A DNA stretch of 64,000 bases from NCBI GenBank assembly GCA_965222575.1, contig OZ244958.1, forward strand, positions 64,001-128,000, read 5' to 3'. The notes under the pieces were generated by a model, which saw only the letters and a list, made by a program, of their open reading frames with translations, was not told the DNA's origin and searched no databases. Positions 10,993 through 19,567 of the stretch are shown one piece after another. The stretch comes from Alphaproteobacteria bacterium (GTDB lineage Bacteria; Pseudomonadota; Alphaproteobacteria; G965222575). Positions within the stretch are counted from its first letter, which is position 1; every line of letters starts with the position of its first letter. Position numbers and translations under genes: made by a program.

Positions 10993-12254
10993 GCTTTTAG
11001 AAGGGACCTGCTCCCAATATCTTTTCTATACTGCATCCCCCGAAAGGTAATCCCCTCTATGGTTTTATAAACCGTTTTCAGAGCCTCTGCCATTGTTTGT
11101 GCTTGCGCCGTCACCGTCAACACGCGACCGCCACTCACCACCATATCACCCCCAACTTTCTTGGTAGCCCCATGAAAAATCTTCACCTGCTCCGATAATG
11201 GAACGCAAAGACCCCCAATCACAGCCCCCTCCTCCACAGGGGCAACAGGATAACCCCCAGCCGCTAAAACAACACCAGCCATCACCCCCTCACGCCAAAC
11301 AATCTCAATATCTCCCAACCCCTCACCCCTAGCCACAGCTTCAAAAATCTCCAGTAAAGATGTCTCCAATCTAGGAAGTATCACCTGACACTCAGGGTCT
11401 CCAAAACGACAATTATACTCTATCAAGACATACCCCCGCGAGGTCTTCATCAATCCTAAATACAAAACCCCCCTATAAGGACACCCCAACTCTTCCATAG
11501 CCCTCAAAGTCGGTACCACAAAACACACACGAAGTGCCTCTACCTGCTCAACACTCAACGGCCACATAATAGCACCCATTCCCCCCGTATTCGGACCCTC
11601 GTCTCCCTCCTTAAGACGCTTATAATCTCGCGCAGACCCAAGATACAAAACCTCCTTACCATCAGTAAGAAAAAATACACTCAACTCCTCTCCTTCAAGA
11701 CACTCTTCCAACACAATACCGCACTGCCGATGCTTCTGTTGCTGCAAAAGTCCATCAATATGCGCAAAAACACTTTTCTCTTCCTCTATAATACACACCC
11801 CTTTCCCACCAGCGTAACCATCCTGCTTCACCACAAGAGGCAACCCTAAAACCCTCAACGCCTCCAATACTTCCCGCTTTTCGCGCACAACACGAAAACG
11901 AGCCTTGGGAATCCCATACCGCGCACAAAGAATATTCGCAAAAGACTTAGAAGACTCCAACCGCACAGCCCGTTCACTAGGACCAAAAGCTAAAATACCA
12001 GCCTCCTCCAACCTATCTACAACCCCAGCCGCTAAAGGAAGCTCACTACCCGATATCACCAACTCTATCCCCTCTTCCACACACCACGACACCACTTGCC
12101 TAACATCACAATACTCTAAAGGGACACACCGTGCCATAGACTCTATCCCCCCATTGCCAGGGGCACAATATACTCCCTCACACTCACGCACTAACGCCTC
12201 ACATAAGGCATGCTCGCGTCCTCCTCCCCCCAATACCAAAACCTTTCTTACCAT
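10989..12254 (-). CDS. purD: Phosphoribosylamine--glycine ligase
   Basis: GGGGREHAL, APGNGG, GDEGPNTGGMGA, EYNCRFGDPE, GGRVL. Confidence 0.96.
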   Translation of the reverse strand: MVRKVLVLGGGGREHALCEALVRECEGVYCAPGNGGIESMARCVPLEYCDVRQVVSWCVEEGIELVISGSELPLAAGVVDRLEEAGILAFGPSERAVRLESSKSFANILCARYGIPKARFRVVREKREVLEALRVLGLPLVVKQDGYAGGKGVCIIEEEKSVFAHIDGLLQQQKHRQCGIVLEECLEGEELSVFFLTDGKEVLYLGSARDYKRLKEGDEGPNTGGMGAIMWPLSVEQVEALRVCFVVPTLRAMEELGCPYRGVLYLGLMKTSRGYVLIEYNCRFGDPECQVILPRLETSLLEIFEAVARGEGLGDIEIVWREGVMAGVVLAAGGYPVAPVEEGAVIGGLCVPLSEQVKIFHGATKKVGGDMVVSGGRVLTVTAQAQTMAEALKTVYKTIEGITFRGMQYRKDIGSRSLLKA

Positions 12255-12448
12255 TCTTCACTTCTCTTCATGATTCCCCCCCCTCACAATGACACTATAA
12301 CACATCTTAACAAATTCAAGACCTAAGGCTTCCTCCAGATGACTACCAACGGAAAAAACCCCACAGTATAACGCAAGCTCAATAAATAAAACCCTAGAGA
12401 TTTCTCTAAACAATAATACGAAAAACCTCACAATCAGTATAACACATC

Positions 12449-12751
12449 TTGACAAATAAAAACTATGAAAAATCTTGTTCCCTACTGAAGAATGCCCCTA
12501 TAATGAACACTATGATATTGCGGAGATTTTCCTTAAGAATTTTGACTCTACCCCTTACCTTCGCCCTGTTGCTAGTGGTGATTATTGTCGGGGCAATTTT
12601 CATGCTGTTTGCTACAATTGTTGTCACCCTAATAGGCCTTGTAGCACACCCACTAGGGCTTCTAAAAAAGCGCCCCTCACACAAAAAATCCCCACAGCAA
12701 CACCTGTTATTAGTCTACGATAAAATCACCAAAACTTGGAGAAAAGAATAA
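12449..12751 (+). CDS. Small hypothetical membrane protein (true start probably downstream)
   Basis: Long hydrophobic stretch with basic tail; its last codons overlap the start of the 42-bp array. Confidence 0.5.
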   Translation: MTNKNYEKSCSLLKNAPIMNTMILRRFSLRILTLPLTFALLLVVIIVGAIFMLFATIVVTLIGLVAHPLGLLKKRPSHKKSPQQHLLLVYDKITKTWRKE

Positions 12752-13563
12752 TCCTTTCTCTCTCCCAACAGAGAGAACGCAGAGGGAGAAAAGAATCCTT
12801 CAGAGAATTCCCCCAACAGGGAGAACGCAGAGGGAAAAAAGAGGCATCCTTCCCCCAACAGGGAGAACGCAGAGGGAGAGAATGCGTAGGGAGAGAACGC
12901 TGAGGAGAAAAGAGGCATCCTTCCCCCAACAGGGAGAATGCAGAGGGAGAAAAGAGGCATCCTTCCCCCAACAGGGAGAACGCAGAGGGAGGAGAAAAGA
13001 GGCATCCTTCCCCCAACAGGGAGAACGCAGAGGGAGAAAAGAGGCATCCTTCCCCCAACAGGGAGAATGCAGAGGGAGAGAATGCGTAGGGAGAGAACGC
13101 TAGAAGGAGAAAAGAGGCATTTTCCCCCAACAGGGAGAACACAGAGGGAGAGAATGCGTAGGGAGAGAACGCTAGAAGGAGAAAAGAATCCTTCCCCCAA
13201 CAGGGAGAATGCAGAGGGAGAAAAGAGGCATCCTTCCCCAACAGGGAGAAGCAGAGGGAGAAAAGAGGCATCCTTCCCCCAAGAACGCAGAGGGAAAAAA
13301 GAGGCATCCTTCCCCCAACAGAGAGAACGCAGAGGGAGAAAAGAGGCATCCTTCCCCCAACAGAGGGAGAGAATGCAGAGGGAAGGAGAAAAGAGGCATC
13401 CTTCCCCCAACAGGGAGAACGCAGAGGGGAGTCCTTCCCCAAAAGAATGCAGAGGGAGAAAAGAGGCATCCTTCCCCCAACAGGGAGAACGCAGAGGGAG
13501 AAAAGAGGCATCCTTCATCCTTCCCTTCCCCAACAGAGAGAACGCAGAGGGAGAGAACTCAGA
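12738..13563. repeat. Degenerate tandem array, 42-bp core unit, about 17 units
   Basis: Core AGGGAGAACGCAGAGGGAGAAAAGAGGCATCCTTCCCCCAAC with truncated units and a recurring GAGAATGCGTAGGGAGAGAACGCT insert; no unique spacers. Confidence 0.9.
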
Positions 13564-13633
13564 AATTAGTAATTTTAGCCCTCAATCCTGAAAAAAGCAA
13601 AGACTCCAACCAGTGTTTTTTCTTTTGTGAAGA

Positions 13634-13662
13634 TTGACAAAAATCCCCTCTTCTCCTATACT
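13634..13662 (+). promoter_or_regulatory. Sigma70-type promoter
   Basis: TTGACA-N17-TATACT, 42 nt upstream of the ORF at 13705. Confidence 0.7.
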
Positions 13663-13704
13663 TGAGGACGTAAAACTGCAAGCCTTCAACCCGCCGCCTC
13701 CCCC

Positions 13705-14130
13705 ATGCATCGTCTACTCAAAATAGGAAGTGTTGTCTTTATACTGATAGCGTTGATTCTCGGATTCCTAGCCTTCAACCACTATGATAAAAAAGGAGAG
13801 TGGACAGTTGAACTATTAGAAGAGAAAGACCAGAATGAACACTCTTTTTCTCCTGACCAAAAGGAAGGCTCTTCTTTCATTATGTCGTCTCCCTTAGGAG
13901 TCGCTACACTCGCCCTCATTTTCATCATCGCAGCTTTAGTAATATTAGGCCTTCTTATCTTAGGGGGTGTAGTGATTATTGTGGGGTTTCCTTTTTTCTT
14001 ACTCAAGGGTCTCTATGAGAGCATAGGAGGAGAAGGATATCTTATTTATTTAAGTGTTGGGTTATTAGGGTTGGGGATTTGTTCTTGGCTTATTTCAAAA
14101 AGGCTCAAAAAAAGAAAAAAAGCTTCATAA
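13705..14130 (+). CDS. Hypothetical membrane protein
   Basis: 141 aa with 3-4 hydrophobic segments; good promoter upstream. Confidence 0.65.
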   Translation: MHRLLKIGSVVFILIALILGFLAFNHYDKKGEWTVELLEEKDQNEHSFSPDQKEGSSFIMSSPLGVATLALIFIIAALVILGLLILGGVVIIVGFPFFLLKGLYESIGGEGYLIYLSVGLLGLGICSWLISKRLKKRKKAS

Positions 14131-14214
14131 AGTCTTCTTTACTTGGTAAAAAGAAGGGGGGGTAGGCGTGAAAAATAGCCGCATACGCATAAAAAACTCC
14201 ACTGAAGTGCACTC

Positions 14215-14376
14215 ATGAAGTCATTGGAACATTTAGAAGCCGCTGTAGAGAAGCTGATAGAAGCCTTCAAAGAGGAGAAGGCTAAAGGAGACATTTTAAG
14301 AGAGAGGCAACAGCGTGTTTCTGCTGAGGTTTCTCGTCTGATTACCTTATTAAAGTCTGCCCTTCCTAAGGAATAG
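14215..14376 (+). CDS. Small coiled-coil protein upstream of zapA (ZauP/DUF4164-like; not in ORF track)
   Basis: MKSLEHLEAAVEKLIEAFKEEKAKGDILRERQQRVSAEVSRLITLLKSALPKE, 53 aa with heptad pattern; same position as zauP in Caulobacter. Confidence 0.6.
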   Translation: MKSLEHLEAAVEKLIEAFKEEKAKGDILRERQQRVSAEVSRLITLLKSALPKE

Positions 14377-14378
14377 CG

Positions 14379-14645
14379 TTGATGGTTTCCTTATCTATTG
14401 ACAATCGTTTTTTTGAGATTCCTTGCCGTGATGAGGGAGAAGAACAAAAATTGCGGCGTTTAGGGGAGCATTTGGACAGACTCGTCAAAAAAGCCAAGCA
14501 GGCTACCCCCTCTTTGAGTACTGAAGCAGCAATTATTTGCGTGTTGTTTCGGGTGCTTGAGCAAAATGAGGGGCGGGTGTCTTCTGAAGAAATAAGCCAT
14601 GCATTAGAGACTCTGACAACGCGCCTTCTTAATGCCTTGGAATAA
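14379..14645 (+). CDS. zapA: Cell division protein ZapA
   Basis: VSLSIDNRFFEIPCRDEGEEQKLRRLGEHLD fits the ZapA N-terminus; followed by the 5-formyl-THF cyclo-ligase gene as usual. Confidence 0.75.
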   Translation: MMVSLSIDNRFFEIPCRDEGEEQKLRRLGEHLDRLVKKAKQATPSLSTEAAIICVLFRVLEQNEGRVSSEEISHALETLTTRLLNALE

Positions 14646-15207
14646 GGAAAAACAACAATACCGGCAGGCGTTATTACAGGATAGAAAACCCTCCCCCTGT
14701 GAAAACGCTATTTGTCAATTTATTAAAAGACAAGTGAACAGAGGACATTTTCGCACCAAGCATGTTGCGTTGTTTTTCCCTCTACCTTACGAAGTGGATT
14801 TACGGGCGCTCATTCCGTTTTTCCTCTCTCAGTCCTGTTGCATTAGCTTCCCTTGTTGTTCCCGCTACACAAAACAACTCTCCTTTCATCCCTATCAAAG
14901 ACAAACATTATGGCGCTTGGATACCATGGGGATTCCCTTCCCACTTACCCCCCCTGCCCCCTCCCCTCCATCTGTCCTCTTCGTCCCCGCCCTAGGCATG
15001 GATAAAAAAGGACACCGTATAGGATATGGAAAAGGATACTATGACGCAACTTTGCGGGCATTAAGACGCAAAGGAAACAACCCCCTAACAGTGGGTGTCA
15101 CAACTAAAATTCTCAAAAATATCCCTTCCTATTTTCAGGATATTCCTCTAAACTGGGGAGTCACCAAAACAGGAGGATTCAAAACACATACATCTCAACG
15201 CTTATAA
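14632..15207 (+). CDS. ygfA: 5-formyltetrahydrofolate cyclo-ligase
   Basis: FVPALGMDKKGHRIGYGKGYYD, YEVDL. Confidence 0.9.
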   Translation: MPWNKEKQQYRQALLQDRKPSPCENAICQFIKRQVNRGHFRTKHVALFFPLPYEVDLRALIPFFLSQSCCISFPCCSRYTKQLSFHPYQRQTLWRLDTMGIPFPLTPPAPSPPSVLFVPALGMDKKGHRIGYGKGYYDATLRALRRKGNNPLTVGVTTKILKNIPSYFQDIPLNWGVTKTGGFKTHTSQRL

Positions 15208-15240
15208 TCTCAACGTATCTTAACCGCTCACTCCCCTATC

Positions 15241-16032
15241 ATGCTTCATATAGAAACACTCTGGGCAAACACCGCTCTTGGCAACTACAACTATCTTATC
15301 TGGTGTAATGAAACAAAAGAGTCCCTAGCCCTAGACCCTTGTAATCCCAAACTTTGTCTCAAGAAAGCACAAAAGCTTAACCTGAACATCATCGGCATTC
15401 TCAACACCCACAACCACCACGACCATATAGAGGGAAATAAGGCTATGGTGGAGGCTACGGGGGCACCTATCATAGGCCCTAAAGGCGCTTTAATTGACGG
15501 TATCAAGCAGGAAGTCCAACACAAAGACATGATTCCTATCGGCACATCCTCACTGGAAGTGCTTTGGACACCGGGACATTGTGAACAGCATGTCTCATTT
15601 TATGGGCAAGAAGAAAAGGCACCCTTTCTCTTTTCAGGAGACTTTTTCTTTGCCGGGGGACTTTGTCGCTGTTTTATGCCAAAAGGGCTAGAACTTCTCT
15701 ACCAGACCTTCCAAACCGTCCTTTTGTCTTTGCCAACTTCTACAAAACTCTATTGCGGTCACGACTACCTGAAAAGAAATCTGAACTTTACCCTCTCCCA
15801 CCTAGAACCAGATAATGAAGATATCAAATCCTTATTGTCCACCCTCACAGACCACCCCCTGATTCCCTATACGACAACCTTGGAAGAAGAATCAAGAATC
15901 AATCCTTATCTTAGGCTTTCATCCCCTTCCATCCGCGCAGCTGTTAGTCAAAAAATTTCTCTCAAGACGCCTTCACCACAAGAGATTTTCATTGGCTTGC
16001 GTACTTGGCAGGATGAAATTTTTAACCTGTAA
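15241..16032 (+). CDS. gloB: Hydroxyacylglutathione hydrolase (glyoxalase II-like MBL fold)
   Basis: NYNYLI, THNHHDH, TPGH, FSGD, YCGHDY, EEESRINPYLR. Confidence 0.85.
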   Translation: MLHIETLWANTALGNYNYLIWCNETKESLALDPCNPKLCLKKAQKLNLNIIGILNTHNHHDHIEGNKAMVEATGAPIIGPKGALIDGIKQEVQHKDMIPIGTSSLEVLWTPGHCEQHVSFYGQEEKAPFLFSGDFFFAGGLCRCFMPKGLELLYQTFQTVLLSLPTSTKLYCGHDYLKRNLNFTLSHLEPDNEDIKSLLSTLTDHPLIPYTTTLEEESRINPYLRLSSPSIRAAVSQKISLKTPSPQEIFIGLRTWQDEIFNL

Positions 16033-16090
16033 AAGGCCTCAAACCCCCATGTTGCACAATTCTTGTCCCATCAAGTGCGCACTTGCGACA

Positions 16091-16894
16091 CTATAAGTGC
16101 TTTTTCATGAGCCTACGAACAATTTTCTCTGCTACTAACAAGACCAAACCACGCGGTGCTAAGCGCAGACTAAAAACCCGCAAGTAGTTCCTCTTCCCCA
16201 CAATAACAGAGGCTTTTTTCCCCAAGGCGCAAAAAGCCTTATCCACAACCTGCTGTGGCGTCAACATGGACAGACCACGGGACTTAGACCTATCTCCTCC
16301 GCCACCATGTCTCTTCCAAAAAGGCGTATCCACTGCCCCAGGACAAAGAGCTAGAATATCAACGCCCTTTGAACGAAATTCACAATGTAATGCCTCCGCA
16401 AAAGAAAGCATAAAAGCTTTCCCCGCCCCATAAGTAGAAAAATAAGGCAACGGCTGAAAGCCTGCTGTGCTCGCAACAAAAATCATACCCCCCCTCTTCC
16501 CCGTCTGTTGTGCCCTATCCTTCATCCCCCTAACAAGACCATAAGTAAGCCCCATAGGAGCCATCACATGAGTCATAATCGTCGCCTCATGAACCGCCGC
16601 TTCTAAGTCAGAAAACCCTCCTATTACACCTATACCAGCACTATGAATCACCAAATCAATAGGCTCCTGTCTTGCCGCCTGTAATAAGTCTTCAATCCCC
16701 TGCCTTGTAGCCAAATCCGCCACAACACTCTTCCCCCCTAACTCCTTCTGCAAGTGTTCTAACTTCTCTCTATTACGTCCCGTCAACAGAAGAGAAACCC
16801 CCTCAGAAGACAGCTTGTGCGCAAAAACCTCTCCTATTCCACTCGTAGCCCCAGTAATCAGCGCATAACCATAAGACACTTTCCTTTGCCGCAT
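16091..16894 (-). CDS. Short-chain dehydrogenase/reductase
   Basis: ITGATSGIG, YGAGK (YxxxK), LCPG. Confidence 0.9.
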   Translation of the reverse strand: MRQRKVSYGYALITGATSGIGEVFAHKLSSEGVSLLLTGRNREKLEHLQKELGGKSVVADLATRQGIEDLLQAARQEPIDLVIHSAGIGVIGGFSDLEAAVHEATIMTHVMAPMGLTYGLVRGMKDRAQQTGKRGGMIFVASTAGFQPLPYFSTYGAGKAFMLSFAEALHCEFRSKGVDILALCPGAVDTPFWKRHGGGGDRSKSRGLSMLTPQQVVDKAFCALGKKASVIVGKRNYLRVFSLRLAPRGLVLLVAEKIVRRLMKKHL

Positions 16895-17084
16895 GCTTCT
16901 ATCCTCCCTTACTTACCCTCTTAAAGTAGCCACCAAAGAAAGATGTTGTCAAGACAATCCATTCTTCTTCCATCCTGTTAAATGCCCCCCCCTCCGTCAC
17001 AAGAATGATTAAAAAGTAAATAAGGAGAACATTAACAGATTTTCAATCCTCTTGCGATGGTAATAAAAGAAACGAGGTCTCACA

Positions 17085-17594
17085 ATGAACACAGTTGAAA
17101 GTGCACCGATTATGTTTGAAAACTCAACCCTTATCATGGCAGCCCTTGTGGTTGTCGGCGTGTTATTAGTCATTAGGTATCTTTTACACTATCGCCAAAC
17201 CAAATCATCGCCTCTTAACCAAAAGGTAAACGTCAAGTTTCTCAGAGCCTTAGATAGGCGGCGTCACTTAGTACTCATCAATTGGGAGGACAAACAATAC
17301 CGCTGTATCTTAGGTCCTACAGATACCGTTTTAGAGAGTGTGTCTCTAAAAACTAAAAAGGGGAGTGCCCTCCCTCTTTCAGAGTCTCGAGAGAGTGTGT
17401 CTCTAAAAACTAAAAAGGGGAGTGCCCCCCCTCTTTCAGAGTCTCGAGAGAGTGTGCCTCTAAAAACTAAAAAGGGGAGTACCCCCCCTCTTTCAGAGTC
17501 TCGAGAGAGTGTGCCTCTAAAAACTAAAAAGGGGAGTACCCCCCCTCTTTCAGAGTCTCGGAGTAAGAAAAAAAGCGCGAAAATACCGTCTTAA
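17085..17594 (+). CDS. fliO: FliO-like flagellar export protein with repeat-extended C-terminus
   Basis: N-terminal TM followed by LDRRRHLVLINWEDKQYRCILG, resembling the FliO cytoplasmic domain. Confidence 0.6.
   Translation: MNTVESAPIMFENSTLIMAALVVVGVLLVIRYLLHYRQTKSSPLNQKVNVKFLRALDRRRHLVLINWEDKQYRCILGPTDTVLESVSLKTKKGSALPLSESRESVSLKTKKGSAPPLSESRESVPLKTKKGSTPPLSESRESVPLKTKKGSTPPLSESRSKKKSAKIPS
17334..17561 (+). repeat. 4 x 57-bp in-frame tandem repeat (ESVSLKTKKGSALPLSESR)
   Basis: Units start at 17334, 17391, 17448, 17505. Confidence 0.95.
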
Positions 17595-17611
17595 CCAACG
17601 GGCTCCTTTTT

Positions 17612-18613
17612 TCAGTCCTCTCCGCCAAGAATCTCTAACACTGCCTGATATCCTCTCTCTTTCGCAATATCAAAAGGCCTCCGCCCGCTTTTATCTTGAG
17701 CCTCTTTATCCGCTCCAGCCGTTAAAAGAGTCTCTATTTTTTCCTTGTCATACCCCCAATAAGCAGCCTTATGAAGAGGCGTCTCTCCCTCATGGTTAGG
17801 CACATGCACATTCGCCCCCGCCGCTAGTAGCATCTCCACAATTTCCTTCCCCCGCGCACCATGAAGGGGCGTATTGCCTAACTCGTCTTTCATCCCAACA
17901 TTAGCTCCTGCTACTAAGAGGGCTTTGAGTATCTTCTTATGACCATGTAAAGAAGCACGGTGAAGCGCCGTATCCCCATTCTTGAAGGATATACTCACAT
18001 CCGCCCCCGCTTCCAACAACACCTCTATCACTTCAAAATATTCGTTCCAAAACGTCCTCGTGGCAATATAAAGAGGAGTCGCTCCATTATTATCTAAGAC
18101 ATTACTCTCCGCACCTGCCTCTATGAGGGCTTGGGCTATCTCCGCCTGCCCTAGATAAGACGCTAAGTGAAGAGGCGTCACCCCTGCATCATTTGCAAGC
18201 ATCACAACGGCGGAAGCCTCTAAAAGCCTCTGCACAGTCCCTAAGTGCTGCGATGAAACTGCAAAAGAAAGAGGCGTTGCTCCCTCCTCATTTTGTACAT
18301 TAACCGCCGCCCCCTTTTTCAGAAGAAATACCACCACCTCCTCATGCCCATTCCTAGCCGCACTATAAAGTGGCGTTCTGCCCTCTTCATCCCGTATCCC
18401 AACTGAAACACCCCCTTCCACCAATCCCTTCACCTCCCTAAGGTCACCCCTCTTAGCAGCCATAAAAAGACGAGCCTGACTCTCCGTCAAAAGCACCCCA
18501 CCGCCCTCTTCCTCTACATCCTCCTTATAAGCTTTGAAAAGCGTAACACTCACGCCAACAAAAAGAACAATACCAATAACGGCTATCAAAATCAGAAGAT
18601 GACGCCTTTTCAT
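17612..18613 (-). CDS. Ankyrin-repeat protein with N-terminal membrane anchor
   Basis: About 8 GxTPLH repeats; hydrophobic N-terminus. Confidence 0.92.
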   Translation of the reverse strand: MKRRHLLILIAVIGIVLFVGVSVTLFKAYKEDVEEEGGGVLLTESQARLFMAAKRGDLREVKGLVEGGVSVGIRDEEGRTPLYSAARNGHEEVVVFLLKKGAAVNVQNEEGATPLSFAVSSQHLGTVQRLLEASAVVMLANDAGVTPLHLASYLGQAEIAQALIEAGAESNVLDNNGATPLYIATRTFWNEYFEVIEVLLEAGADVSISFKNGDTALHRASLHGHKKILKALLVAGANVGMKDELGNTPLHGARGKEIVEMLLAAGANVHVPNHEGETPLHKAAYWGYDKEKIETLLTAGADKEAQDKSGRRPFDIAKERGYQAVLEILGGED

Positions 18614-18717
18614 AGCCTTTCCTCAAACAATACTCTCATCCCCTTGATGGTAAAGAGTCCCACAGGATTTTGTCAATGAAATTGATAAGGACTCCTCAAA
18701 AAAAGCCATCTCACCTG

Positions 18718-19567
18718 CTATGTATTTTTCTTACTGTTAGAAAGAGAGATATCCATTGTTCGAGATTGCTTCACCGCCGCTTTTATGGCGTCTTGGCACA
18801 AGGTTTTCAATGTCTCTCCAAAGACCTGCAACCCTGCTTCTGTTGTCCCACCACGACTTGCTATGCGTTGTTGGAGGTCATAAAAAGAGAGGGTTTTGTC
18901 TTCTTTGCACCAAGTGTGCTCCATCCAAGCAGCCGTACCTTTGAGAAGATGTTGGGTCAAGAATAAAGAGCGCCATGGAGAAAGCCCTTCCTGTTTGGCC
19001 GCTTCCACCAATGCTTGTAGAAAAGCTGCCACAAAGCCCGCCCCACTCCCTGTAAGAGCTGTTAACACATGCATCTCCTCCTCTTTGTCAAGCCACCAAA
19101 GAGTCCCGCAAAACTTCAAGAGAGTCTCCACCATAGTCTTAACACCAACAGGCTCTTTTGTCACGGCGCCAATGACCCCTTTCCCTTGCCCAACAGCCAT
19201 ATTAGGCATCAACCGCACCACCGCCATAGTCCCTAAAAGCTGTTTTTAAGGACGCCAACGAAACGCCTGCCATGACAGACAGCCCTATACTGCCTATCAT
19301 ATCTTTATAGAGGGGCAACACATCAAGTGCATCTTGCGGCTTCACAGCAAAAAGCACAATGCTTTGTCCTCTTGCCTGCTCAAGGCGCAAGCGTGCCTCT
19401 TGTGAATCTTGTAGGTGACAGACCCCCTTCACTCCTAAAGACCTGTTGTTATTAGTCGTAACAACGGTGATGGATTCTGGAGATAAGACCTTCACAAGCC
19501 CCCTGAGTAAAGCCCCTCCCATATGACCACATCCTACCATCAACAGGGAAAAGGACGACGACATCAT
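18718..19567 (-). pseudogene. proC: Pyrroline-5-carboxylate reductase split by a 1-nt frameshift near 19235
   Basis: GCGHMG and AVKPQ in 19202-19567; VVRLMPN, TALTGSG, SRGGTT in 18718-19227. Removing one T from a T-run joins them (LKTALGTMAVVRLMPN). Confidence 0.8.

Noticed and set aside
12715-13637. Long ORFs across the 42-bp array
   Set aside because: Open in several frames on both strands because the unit lacks stops; no evidence of coding.
16970-17040. CtrA box upstream of the fliO-like gene
   Set aside because: Only an imperfect TTAA-N7-ATAA in AT-rich DNA; not distinguishable from chance.
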